Numbered from the stretch's first letter, positions 36,146-45,687 are shown. The stretch: DNA of 61,059 nucleotides from an uncultured Methanosarcinales archaeon (GCA_964385055.1 CAYLMH010000006.1:1-61059); one strand, 5' to 3'. Notes: generated by a model not told the origin, from the letters alone. Program-made: numbers and translations.

Positions 36146-37539
36146 CGTCGTTGTAACATTTCCCGATGAAGTCGAGAAATCAGATCAAGATCTGCTCCTT
36201 CTTGTTGTTCCTTTGGTTCTTCCTGTTCTTGCTGTTTCTTTGAAAGTGATTTTTTTGCAGATTTTTCCTGCTGTTCTTCAGCTTCTTCTTGTTGATCTTC
36301 CTGTTGTTCTTCAGAATGCTGTTCTTCACCCTCAGAAGATGATTCTTGTTCATTAGAAGCATGAAGCTTTTGAATGGATTCATCTTCTCCCTGAATTTGC
36401 GCAGGATTTTCTGCGTCAGGGATCTCGAGGTGTGGCGCAAGGTTTTTGAGCATCTCAGAATCAACAAGACTGCTTGCGAACTGTGTCGCAGAAGCAGTCT
36501 TTTCTTTAAATGGAGCAAGAATTTCCTGCACATCCTGTTCTTGATGAACATCGCGAGCAATCACAGCACGCTCTAACGCTTCAACATCAACGCCTTCAAA
36601 GATTTCCTTGAGTTCAGAAACTTGCTGAATTTTTTCTGTAAAAAGGAAGGTCTGTTTCAAAAGTAACTCTTTAAGTCTTGGATTATCGTTGACCAGATCA
36701 ACAAGTTCATCCATAGAGTACTTGGATTCTACTTTCTTTGCAGGAGCAAAATGCGCGATAATAGCATCAACATCAATGTTCGCGAACACCGATTTCAAGC
36801 GACTGCTTTGCTGCACTTGTTTCTTGAATTCTTCAGGATATTGAATAACAAATTGTTTGAGTTGATCATTGGATTCAACCAGTTTGATGACTGTTTCTTT
36901 GGTGTATCCTGCAGGTGAGCGAGCTGATGACGAAGGTTGTTGCAGTACTGATGGTTGTGGAGCAGAGGAGTATTCTTGTTCAACAGACGAAACTGGAGGA
37001 CGTACTTGTGTTTGCTGTGCTTCAACACGCGATTGTTCCTGTCCAGGAATGGGATAAAGCGAAGAACGCTGGCGGAGCATGATCGGAAGATTGTGCTTCA
37101 AGAGATTGAATGTTTCCTGCAATTTTGCTTTATCGATAATTCCTTTTTTAGGTTGGAAAAATTCAAGCCCATCTGGGGTTTCCCGAGGAATAAGATGCAG
37201 CATAAAGTGACTGCTCTGTTGTCCCGCAGCGTAGCCGTTTGCGATGAAAAGCGTGTTGCCAAAAAGGAGCATTCCTTCTTTCATCGCAGCAGAAAGCTGT
37301 TTTGTTCGCGTAAAAAGATGTTCAAAAAGAGGAGGAGGAATTAATGGCATGATAGGATAATGTTCTTTAGGCATAATGAGAAGATGTCCTTTCGCGGCGG
37401 GGTTGATATCAAGAATTGCGAGGAGTTGGTCATCTTCGTAGACTTTTTTGCTGGGAATTTCTCCTTTGACAATTTTGCAAAAAGGACATTGTGCTTTTTG
37501 GCTGTCAATTGCCTTTTGTTGTTCTGGAGAGAGCTGCAT
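36142..37539 (-). CDS. HIT-family protein (degenerate triad) with long C-terminal extension
   Basis: CPFCKIVKGEIPSKKVYED, GHLLIMPKEH, GQQSSHFMLHLIPR; two helical repeats + acidic tail; start moved to MQLSPE. Confidence 0.88.
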   Translation of the reverse strand: MQLSPEQQKAIDSQKAQCPFCKIVKGEIPSKKVYEDDQLLAILDINPAAKGHLLIMPKEHYPIMPLIPPPLFEHLFTRTKQLSAAMKEGMLLFGNTLFIANGYAAGQQSSHFMLHLIPRETPDGLEFFQPKKGIIDKAKLQETFNLLKHNLPIMLRQRSSLYPIPGQEQSRVEAQQTQVRPPVSSVEQEYSSAPQPSVLQQPSSSARSPAGYTKETVIKLVESNDQLKQFVIQYPEEFKKQVQQSSRLKSVFANIDVDAIIAHFAPAKKVESKYSMDELVDLVNDNPRLKELLLKQTFLFTEKIQQVSELKEIFEGVDVEALERAVIARDVHQEQDVQEILAPFKEKTASATQFASSLVDSEMLKNLAPHLEIPDAENPAQIQGEDESIQKLHASNEQESSSEGEEQHSEEQQEDQQEEAEEQQEKSAKKSLSKKQQEQEEPKEQQEGADLDLISRLHREMLQRR

Positions 37540-37623
37540 GGATGGATTTTGGAAAGAGCAATATTTAATGGTTTTGGTGCGATAAAGGAAAAGTATTAAA
37601 GAAATGAGAAGATAACAATACCC

Positions 37624-38685
37624 ATGAAATGGCTCTATAAAGTACAGAGGGAATTTCCAGCACATATTGTCTTTGTTCTAAAAGATGCGTATACCGCAGG
37701 GATGGAAAAAGTTTTGGGATGGGGAGACAAAGAATTTCTTTATGTTTTGAAAGACACTATTTTCATTTCGTATAGATCAAAAGAAAATGACCAAGAGTTA
37801 TATAATTTTTTCAGAGAAAAGGTGAAAAACAAAAGATTTCTTCAGAGTTTAAAAGAAAAGACAGAACAAGGAAGAGAACAATATGAAACAATGGTAACAG
37901 AGATCACAAAACAATGTAAAAAACAATGCACAGGGAAGGAGCTGGAACAGCTGTATGAAAAAGCATATGCCGCAGAGTATGTGTTATTGTCAATAATGAA
38001 TTTCACCTTATATTTTGAACAGGCTGGTCCTGTTCCAGAAGAAGCAAAGACTATGTTTGAAGAAATTGCAAAGATTCGAAATAAAATGGCAGAAACACTG
38101 TATGCTTTTTATCATCAAGAATATGGTGGACTTTTTACGAAGATAGGAAAGACACTAAACATTGCCCCTGCTCTTGTTTCTTTTATGTTTCCTGAAGAAA
38201 TAAAGGAATCGCTAAAGAAAGAAAAAGCAACAGTAGATGAAAAGACATTGAAAGAAAGAAAAAAACTCAGCGTGCTTATTGTAGAAAACAAAAAAGCAAG
38301 ATATATTGTCGGCAAAGACGCAGAGAAAATCTATGAAACATTGCAACCAAACACAAAAGAACTGAGAGAGATCAAAGGTCAAACAGCATATCCTGGAAAA
38401 GTTCAGGGGATTGTTTGTAAAGTAGAAACCCATGCAGAGCTCAAGAAAATAAAGCAAGGAGCTATTTTAATCACACCAATGACCTCTGTCACGTATGTTT
38501 CTTATTTAGAGAAAGTCGCAGCAATAGTCACGGATGAAGGAGGCATTATTTGTCATGCAGCATCCATTGCAAGAGAGATGAAAATCCCCACTATCATCGG
38601 CACAAAGATCGCAACAAAGATTCTCAAAGATGGAGATCTCGTAGAAGTGGATGCTGAAAAAGGGATTGTGAGGAAGATACAATGA
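37624..38685 (+). CDS. PEP-utilizing enzyme mobile (His-swivel) domain protein
   Basis: IKGQTAYPG...ILITPMT...VTDEGGIICHAASIAREMKIPTIIG; helical N-terminus, no ATP-grasp domain. Confidence 0.9.
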   Translation: MKWLYKVQREFPAHIVFVLKDAYTAGMEKVLGWGDKEFLYVLKDTIFISYRSKENDQELYNFFREKVKNKRFLQSLKEKTEQGREQYETMVTEITKQCKKQCTGKELEQLYEKAYAAEYVLLSIMNFTLYFEQAGPVPEEAKTMFEEIAKIRNKMAETLYAFYHQEYGGLFTKIGKTLNIAPALVSFMFPEEIKESLKKEKATVDEKTLKERKKLSVLIVENKKARYIVGKDAEKIYETLQPNTKELREIKGQTAYPGKVQGIVCKVETHAELKKIKQGAILITPMTSVTYVSYLEKVAAIVTDEGGIICHAASIAREMKIPTIIGTKIATKILKDGDLVEVDAEKGIVRKIQ

Positions 38686-40046
38686 CGTGGCAAAAGCTTT
38701 TAGCAAGAGAAGGCGTGGATATCACAACGATCTCTGGCTTAGACATTGTCTTTTACGATGCGGTCTGGCAATTTGCACAGAAAAAAGAAGAGTTATTTTT
38801 CACATATTTCCAGAGCAAGAATTTCACGCATTATATTGGAGTAGATCAAAAAGAAGTAGGAAGATTTCTGTACAAAAAATACTTCAATAGTCCAGAACAG
38901 ATTCAGAAATACGAGAAAGAAGGACAAATCCTCCTGAAAAATATACAGAAAACAACAGAGAAGTTGAAAAAAGAGAAGAGAGCGGAGACGCAGGAAGCGT
39001 TTCGTGAGTTCAGAGAACAGTTCATGCAAATCAACTATGTGTATAGTATTTTCTCTTGGCTTGCAATTGAAGCATGGCAGGCAGACTTTGAACAGCTTTT
39101 GAATGGGATGATCAAGAGAAATAAAGGAGAAAACAGGCAAGATGAAATTCTCACCGCAGCGTACAAACCGTGGAAAAACACTGCGCTTCATGAGATACAA
39201 GAAAAGATAAGCAAAGGTATTTCTCCAAAAAAGATAGCAGAAGAATATCAATTCCTGAGAAGCTGGTCTGTAGTGTGGTATAGATCTCTTGATGAATCGT
39301 GGGTAAGAAATATCACCGCTCAAGATCACAACAATACAAAAGCACTCACTCAAAAACAACTATTTGCTCTCCTTAATCCAACTCCTGAAGAAAAAAAGTT
39401 CTTAGAACTTGCGCCATACATTATTTTCTTCAAAGACTGGAGAGATGATCTAAGAAGAACGCATTGCTATTCATGGACCTTTTTGTTTGAAGAAATAGCG
39501 AAAGCATGGAAAGTAAAATATGAAGAAGTGGGATATCTCACATTAGATGAGATAGAAGCTGCATTAAAAAAAGAAAACAATCCAAGCAAAATAATTGCTG
39601 CAAGAAAAGAAAAGCCATGCATTATTACGTGTTTGGGAGAAGAGCTGAAAATAACAGTTATAGACAAAAACATACCTGAAAAGTATCGCAAAATAATAGA
39701 GGAGATAGAAAATAAAGGAAAAAATGAAATTGTAAAAGGTCTTGTTGCGTTTAAAGGAAAAATAACAGGCAAAGTCAAAATTGTGCGATCGTACCATGAT
39801 GTCAAAAATGTAGAGATTGGCGATATTTTGGTCGCAAACACCACACATCCTACATATCTTCCTGCCATGCAGAAAGCTGCAGCGTTTGTCACCAATGAAG
39901 GAGGCATCATCAGCCATGCAGCGATCGTTTCGCGAGAGATGAAGAAGCCATGTATTGTTGGCACAAAAATCGCAACCAAGATTCTGAAAGATGGAGATAT
40001 GGTTGAAGTAGACGCAGAAAAAGGAATCGTGAGGAAGATACAATGA
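38682..40046 (+). CDS. PEP-utilizing enzyme mobile (His-swivel) domain protein
   Basis: ILVANTTHP...VTNEGGIISHAAIVSREMKKPCIVG; FKDWRDDLR in the N-terminal helical domain. Confidence 0.9.
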   Translation: MTWQKLLAREGVDITTISGLDIVFYDAVWQFAQKKEELFFTYFQSKNFTHYIGVDQKEVGRFLYKKYFNSPEQIQKYEKEGQILLKNIQKTTEKLKKEKRAETQEAFREFREQFMQINYVYSIFSWLAIEAWQADFEQLLNGMIKRNKGENRQDEILTAAYKPWKNTALHEIQEKISKGISPKKIAEEYQFLRSWSVVWYRSLDESWVRNITAQDHNNTKALTQKQLFALLNPTPEEKKFLELAPYIIFFKDWRDDLRRTHCYSWTFLFEEIAKAWKVKYEEVGYLTLDEIEAALKKENNPSKIIAARKEKPCIITCLGEELKITVIDKNIPEKYRKIIEEIENKGKNEIVKGLVAFKGKITGKVKIVRSYHDVKNVEIGDILVANTTHPTYLPAMQKAAAFVTNEGGIISHAAIVSREMKKPCIVGTKIATKILKDGDMVEVDAEKGIVRKIQ

Positions 40047-40228
40047 CATTCACGCATTGGGACGATATGGATAAAAGAGCTTTTGGAATAGAGCAAGACT
40101 AGAAAGAATAGGAGAAAGAAAAAAGCTAATCACTAATTTTACATAGAACTCAAAGAACTGTTGATATGTTTATACTTCTCACTCCAACTTCCACAACCTT
40201 TAAAATACCAGAGACTCATCAATTCTTC

Positions 40229-41422
40229 ATGAAACTCTACGAATTCGAGGGAAAACAACTTCTCAAAGAAGCAGGAATCACTGTTCCAAGCGGATACGTA
40301 ATTGAAAATGCAGGAGAAATCCAAGAACCTGTAGGCGAAGTAGTGATCAAAGCGCAGACATTAGAAGGCAAACGAGGAAAAGCAGGACTTATCAAATCCG
40401 CAAAAACAAAAGAAGAGATTCAAACAACAACAAAACAACTCCTGAACAAACACCATGGCTTTGAAACAGTAAAAAAACTCCTCATCGAAACAAAGTGCAA
40501 AATAAAAAACGAGTTCTATCTCGCAATAACCTATGACACAAAAACAAGAAATCCGGTGATTATCGCAAGCAGCCATGGAGGAGTAGATATTGAAGAAACA
40601 AAAAATATCCATCCAAGCAAAGTGATTGTGGAACAAATAAACATCCTCAATGGCATCACAGAACATGAAGCAAAGCACATCCTTCACAAAGCAGGAATAA
40701 CCAATATCAACATGATCCAGCTCCTCGAAAAAATCTACCTGACATTCATAAACAGAGACATGAAACTACTTGAAATAAATCCACTCATTGAAACAGAGAG
40801 CCATGAGCTGATCGCGGCAGACGCAAAAATAATTCTTGACGACGATGCGTTGTTCAGACAAAATATTCAATTCCCTCAACGAGTGGGAATAGGCAGAGAA
40901 AAAACAGAAGCAGAAATCGCGGCAAACAAGGTCAACGAACTCGACCACAGAGGAATTGCGGGAAAAACATACATTGAACTAGAAGGAGACGTTGGCATTC
41001 TCGCGTCAGGTGGCGGCGCAAGTATTACTGCCGTAGATGCATTGATCAGCTACAATCAAAAGCCAGCGAATTATACAGAATACAGCGGAAATCCAAGTCC
41101 AGAAAAAGTTGAAGCATTAACAAGAGTTGTGATGAGTAATCCAAATCTCAAGGGATTATTTGTCGTCGGAGCAAAAGCAAACTTTACACAAATTCATGAG
41201 ACAATTGCAGCAATAATCAAAGTCATCAAAGAAATAAAACCTGAATATCCTATTGTCTTCAGACGCGCAGGCCCAGGAGATAAAGAAGCAAAAGAATTAG
41301 TAGAACAAACAGCAAAAGAACTCTGTTTAGACATGGAATGGTATGGGGATGAAACACCTATCACTGTTGCAGCGAAACGAATGGCTGAGAAAATAAAAGA
41401 AAGAAGACGCTGTGCTTGCTAG
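40229..41422 (+). CDS. ATP-citrate lyase beta-like / citryl-CoA synthetase large subunit (ATP-grasp)
   Basis: MKLYEFEGK, GKRGKAG, GGVDIE, LEINPL, DAK; GGGAS...PANYTEYSGNP is ACL-type rather than the SucC ANFLDVGG. Confidence 0.85.
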   Translation: MKLYEFEGKQLLKEAGITVPSGYVIENAGEIQEPVGEVVIKAQTLEGKRGKAGLIKSAKTKEEIQTTTKQLLNKHHGFETVKKLLIETKCKIKNEFYLAITYDTKTRNPVIIASSHGGVDIEETKNIHPSKVIVEQINILNGITEHEAKHILHKAGITNINMIQLLEKIYLTFINRDMKLLEINPLIETESHELIAADAKIILDDDALFRQNIQFPQRVGIGREKTEAEIAANKVNELDHRGIAGKTYIELEGDVGILASGGGASITAVDALISYNQKPANYTEYSGNPSPEKVEALTRVVMSNPNLKGLFVVGAKANFTQIHETIAAIIKVIKEIKPEYPIVFRRAGPGDKEAKELVEQTAKELCLDMEWYGDETPITVAAKRMAEKIKERRRCAC

Positions 41423-41460
41423 AAAAAAGATAGAAAAATAAAAAAACGCAAAGTAAAGAA

Positions 41461-41533
41461 AAAACACGCACCTGCAAAGGCAAAAATGTCAGGGGGACCC
41501 ATTCCCACATTAAGTGGGAATGGGGTATTTATT
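41461..41533. repeat. Structured intergenic element, family B copy 2
   Basis: AAAACACGCACC...GGGGACCC-[CCCATTCCCAC/GTGGGAATGGG]-GGGGTATTTATT. Confidence 0.75.
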
Positions 41534-41577
41534 AGTAAAAAAATAAAATACATACTAAAAAACAAAGAGGAAAAAAA

Positions 41578-42468
41578 ATGAGTATACTAATCAACGAAAA
41601 AACAAAAGTCCTTGTGCAGGGAATAACTGGAAAAGAAGGAATTCGAGCAACGCAGTTTATGCAATCCTACAAAACAAATGTCGTTGCAGGAGTCCGTCCA
41701 GGAAAAGGAGGAGAAATAGTAGAAGGAGTTCCTGTCTACAATAGTTGCAAAGAAGCAATGCAGGCACATCCAGACATCACCATCTCCATAATTATCGTCC
41801 CCGCAAAAGGAGCGAAAGACGCAGTGATTGAAGCGCTCGAAGCAAACATCAAGCTCATTAATGTCATTACAGAAAATATTCCTATCAAAGATACAGCATA
41901 TTGTGTCGCGCTAGCAAAAAAATACCATGCAACAATTATTGGTCCAACATCCATTGGAATAATCAGTCCTGGAATTGCAAAAGTCGGAATGATTGGTGGA
42001 TTAACAAGTGAACAGTTCAGTAAAGGAAATGTAGGAATCATTTCAAAGAGCGGCGGCATGTCTTCAGAAACAGCGTCTATTTTGACAAAAGCAGGAATTG
42101 GACAATCAACAGTCGTCGGCTGTGGCGCAGATGTTATCATGGGCACCAATTACGTGGAACTATTGGAAATGTTCAAAAGCGATGAAGAAACAAGAGTGAT
42201 TGTTCTATTTGGAGAAATTGGTGGAACAGCAGAAGAAGACGCTGCAGAATATATCAAACAAACAAACTATTCAAAACCAGTGGTTGCGTTTATTTCTGGA
42301 AAGTTTGCAGAGATGCTCCCTTCAACAACATTGGGGCATGCAGGGGCGATCATTGAAGAAGGCAAAGGAACGCGAGCGGCAAAAGTCGCTGCATTAAGTT
42401 CCGCAGGCGTTCATGTCGTTGAAGTGCATCATGAGATTGTGGAGAAAGTGAAAGAACTTCTTAGATAA
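41578..42468 (+). CDS. CoA-ligase alpha subunit (SucD-like; citryl-CoA synthetase small subunit)
   Basis: VLVQGITG, IIGPTSIG, SKSGG, FGEIGG, phospho-His motif LGHAGA. Confidence 0.92.
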   Translation: MSILINEKTKVLVQGITGKEGIRATQFMQSYKTNVVAGVRPGKGGEIVEGVPVYNSCKEAMQAHPDITISIIIVPAKGAKDAVIEALEANIKLINVITENIPIKDTAYCVALAKKYHATIIGPTSIGIISPGIAKVGMIGGLTSEQFSKGNVGIISKSGGMSSETASILTKAGIGQSTVVGCGADVIMGTNYVELLEMFKSDEETRVIVLFGEIGGTAEEDAAEYIKQTNYSKPVVAFISGKFAEMLPSTTLGHAGAIIEEGKGTRAAKVAALSSAGVHVVEVHHEIVEKVKELLR

Positions 42469-42513
42469 CATTCTTCCACAAGCAATATAAACAACCAATT
42501 CTTAACAAATACA

Positions 42514-43287
42514 ATGGAACAAGGCTGGAAAACATCTATCAGTGTTGCGACAGAGGAAAAAACACTCATCAGAGGCTATAATGTTGAAGACCTGATGACC
42601 AAATGCAATTTCACTCAGGCAATCTGGTTGCTTTGGAAAGGAGAATTTCCAAATAAAAAAGAAGAAGCATTGTTCAACACAATTCTTATCAGCGCAATGG
42701 AGCACGGCATCACCCCTCCATCAATTACCGCAGCGCGAATCGCATATTCTGGTTCAGGGCAAATGAACAGCGCAGTTGCAGCAGGCATTCTCGCGATTGG
42801 TCAGCATCATGGCGGCGCGATGGAACAATGCGCGCAACTCCTTCATTCGCATATCGATGAAGAAATGAAAAACAAATCAGCAGAAGAGATCGCGAAGCAT
42901 ATTGTGGACAATATGATGGAAAGAAAGCAACGTATTCCAGGGTTTGGCCACAAAATCTACACAGACCATGATCCACGAGCGCAAGCGATTTTTCAACAAG
43001 CAAAGAAAGCAGGCTATGCAGGAAAATATATTGAAACAGTGCAAAAAGTAGAATCATATTTAGAAAAGAAGAAAGGGAAAAAACTCTGCATCAACATTGA
43101 TGGCGCGATTGCGGCAGTGATGCTCGAAATGGGTTTTGACTGGAAGATTGGAAGAGGATTTTTCATTTTACCAAGAACCGCAAGTATTATTGCGCATGTT
43201 CATGAAGAAGCGTGCAAAGAGAAACCGTTTAGAAGATTAGAAGATAAAGAAACAGCATATTCTGGTGTGAAAGAAAGAAAACTGTAG
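42514..43287 (+). CDS. Citryl-CoA lyase (citrate-synthase-like fold)
   Basis: IRGY, MEHG..PS, HGGA, IPGFGHKIY..DPR, NIDGAIAA; 257 aa, shorter than citrate synthase. Confidence 0.88.
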   Translation: MEQGWKTSISVATEEKTLIRGYNVEDLMTKCNFTQAIWLLWKGEFPNKKEEALFNTILISAMEHGITPPSITAARIAYSGSGQMNSAVAAGILAIGQHHGGAMEQCAQLLHSHIDEEMKNKSAEEIAKHIVDNMMERKQRIPGFGHKIYTDHDPRAQAIFQQAKKAGYAGKYIETVQKVESYLEKKKGKKLCINIDGAIAAVMLEMGFDWKIGRGFFILPRTASIIAHVHEEACKEKPFRRLEDKETAYSGVKERKL

Positions 43288-43357
43288 TTCTATTCTTCTC
43301 TTAATGGAGAGAAAATTCCAGATTACCTTTAAAAAACAACACTCCTTTCTTTAAGAA

Positions 43358-44083
43358 ATGACAATAACGCCTGTTGATAGAAGAGACAAAAAAGGAATAA
43401 TACAAATGTATTTAGAATTGGGGTTTATAGTACTAGAGGATGCAGTTGATCCAAGAATAGGAAAAATAATTAGGGACAGAATTCCAGAGTATGTCAGACA
43501 AAGAACAAACAACTTTGCGCACCCTTTTGAAAGAATAACAGAAGATTTTCACACAAGAAGCCTTGACTTAGAACAAGAAGTAGAAGATCAGAAAGTAAAA
43601 AGATGGCAAGTGTGTTGGGGTTATCGTGAACAAGCAAGACCAAACGAGTTAGAGCTAGAAAGAATTTTAAGAGAGCTGATGCTACAATATATTGTTGGAC
43701 CTTCTCAAACGATAAAAGCAATAGCAGAACATCATGGAATACCGCGCCCCAAAAGATATCTTCCAACACTTGATATGTATTTTTATAGAAATTTATCTCA
43801 ACAAAGAAAAGAATGGAAGCTCCCTTGGCACACAGATACCACAGCGGTACTGGCAATGAGAAATGGAGAAGAAGGAGTTATAGAAGTGGAATCACCAATT
43901 ACCCGGGAGAAGTATGTAATTGCTACAAAGCCAAACGTAGAAGTCATTGGTTTTGGGGAGAAAATGATTGGATATCTAAGAAAGAATAGTATTGAACCAA
44001 AAATAGCTGAAACATCCCATCGCGTTGTGATCCCTGCGGGATATGAAACAAGAACTTCTTTTACGTTCGGATTACAGATTTAA
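43358..44083 (+). CDS. Putative 2OG-Fe(II) oxygenase
   Basis: LPWHTD (HxD) ... SHRV ... RTS at canonical relative positions. Confidence 0.6.
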   Translation: MTITPVDRRDKKGIIQMYLELGFIVLEDAVDPRIGKIIRDRIPEYVRQRTNNFAHPFERITEDFHTRSLDLEQEVEDQKVKRWQVCWGYREQARPNELELERILRELMLQYIVGPSQTIKAIAEHHGIPRPKRYLPTLDMYFYRNLSQQRKEWKLPWHTDTTAVLAMRNGEEGVIEVESPITREKYVIATKPNVEVIGFGEKMIGYLRKNSIEPKIAETSHRVVIPAGYETRTSFTFGLQI

Positions 44084-44160
44084 GATTCATTTAGAAGCAA
44101 AAATCCATAAGCTTTAAAGCTTAGAATATGCTACACACTAAAATCAACAGGTGATCAACA

Positions 44161-44709
44161 ATGGTATGGCTTATCGTAGGAATTGTCGCAGCAGTGCTGC
44201 TCATTATAGGAATTGTCATGTACAATGGTCTTGTAAGACTACAAAACCAAATTGACAACGCATGGGCGCAAATTGACGTTCAGTTAAAACGAAGATTTGA
44301 CTTAATCCCAAATCTCATTGAAACAGTCAAAGGCTATGCAAAGCATGAAAAAGGAGTGCTTGAAGAATGTACAAAAGCGCGAACAGCGTTTATGGGCGCA
44401 AGTTCTGTCAAAGACAAAGCAAAAGCAGAAAACATGCTTGAAGGCACACTCAAAACACTCTTTGCAGTTTCTGAAAATTATCCAAAATTGCAGGCAAATG
44501 AGAATTTCCTTCAATTACAGGAAGAATTATCAGGCACAGAAAGCAAGATTGCGTATGCACGACAGCATTACAATGACATGGTTTTGGAATACAATAACAA
44601 AGTGGAAACTGTTCCGACAAACATGATTGCAAAATCATTTGGATTCAAGGAAAAAGAGATGTATCCTGTTCCAGAAGAAGAACGCAAGAATATCAAAGTA
44701 CAATTTTAA
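44161..44709 (+). CDS. lemA: LemA family protein
   Basis: YNGLV...[35 protein letters not shown]. Confidence 0.96.
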   Translation: MVWLIVGIVAAVLLIIGIVMYNGLVRLQNQIDNAWAQIDVQLKRRFDLIPNLIETVKGYAKHEKGVLEECTKARTAFMGASSVKDKAKAENMLEGTLKTLFAVSENYPKLQANENFLQLQEELSGTESKIAYARQHYNDMVLEYNNKVETVPTNMIAKSFGFKEKEMYPVPEEERKNIKVQF

Positions 44710-44778
44710 TTTTTTCTTTTTTTATGTTTTATAATCATAATCGCTCAGCAGCAAAATTACACAAATAAAGGAAATAAA

Positions 44779-45687
44779 ATGGAAACCAAACGTAATATTC
44801 ATGAAGAAGTACGATGGAATAAAATAAAGACATACCTTATTATGTCCATCTTCATTTTCATCATCGCGATACTAGGATATTTCTTAGGAATTCTCTATGG
44901 CACACCAATCTTTGGGTTTGGTGCCGCAGTGTTTGGTGCAATTTTCTACACCATCATCATGTACGCGCAAGGCAGCAATATTATCCTCAAAACAACAGGA
45001 GCAAGAGAAGTCACCAAACGAGAATTTCCTCATCTCTTCCACACAGTAGAAGGCTTATCTATTGCGGCAGGCATTCCTACGCCAAAATGTTATGTCATTG
45101 ATGACACCGCATTAAACGCATTTGCGACAGGAACAGACCCAAAAAACGCGTCAATTACAGTCACCACAGGATTACTCAATAAACTCAACAGACTAGAGTT
45201 AGAAGGAGTTATTGGGCATGAAATGTCGCATATCAAAAATTATGATATTCGCGTCATGCTGATCACCGCAGTCCTCGTAGGAATCACCATTCTTCTCAGC
45301 GACTTTATTTTCAGAACCTTTTTGTGGGGCGGCGGAAGCAATGAGCGAAGAGAAGGAAACCAATTAGTAATTATTTTCATTGTTGTTGCGTTTGTGCTTG
45401 CAATTCTCGCTCCAATTATTGGAGAGATGATTAAGTTAGCAGTAAGCAGAAGACGAGAGTATCTTGCAGACGCGAATGGCGCGTTACTCACAAGAAATCC
45501 CGAAGGACTTGCAAGCGCGCTCGAAAAGATCAAAGGAGATCCAGATCCGCTTGTGGATAAAGCGAATAAAGCTACAGCACATTTATTTATTTCGAGTCCA
45601 TTTAGAAAAACAAAAGGACTGGTCACAGGATTGTTTGCAACACATCCTGATATTAATGATAGGATTAGTAGATTGAGGAGTATGTGA
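44779..45687 (+). CDS. htpX: Zinc metalloprotease HtpX (M48)
   Basis: NAFATG, GHEMSHI, SRRREYLAD, LFATHP. Confidence 0.95.
   Translation: METKRNIHEEVRWNKIKTYLIMSIFIFIIAILGYFLGILYGTPIFGFGAAVFGAIFYTIIMYAQGSNIILKTTGAREVTKREFPHLFHTVEGLSIAAGIPTPKCYVIDDTALNAFATGTDPKNASITVTTGLLNKLNRLELEGVIGHEMSHIKNYDIRVMLITAVLVGITILLSDFIFRTFLWGGGSNERREGNQLVIIFIVVAFVLAILAPIIGEMIKLAVSRRREYLADANGALLTRNPEGLASALEKIKGDPDPLVDKANKATAHLFISSPFRKTKGLVTGLFATHPDINDRISRLRSM

Noticed and set aside
37624-40046. PEP synthase / PPDK call
   Set aside because: Only the His-swivel domain is recognisable; nucleotide- and PEP-binding domains are absent.
40229-42468. Plain succinyl-CoA synthetase (sucCD) call
   Set aside because: The beta subunit has the ACL-type ANYTEYSGNP and a citryl-CoA-lyase-like gene follows; the sucCD symbol was withheld, although substrate is untested.
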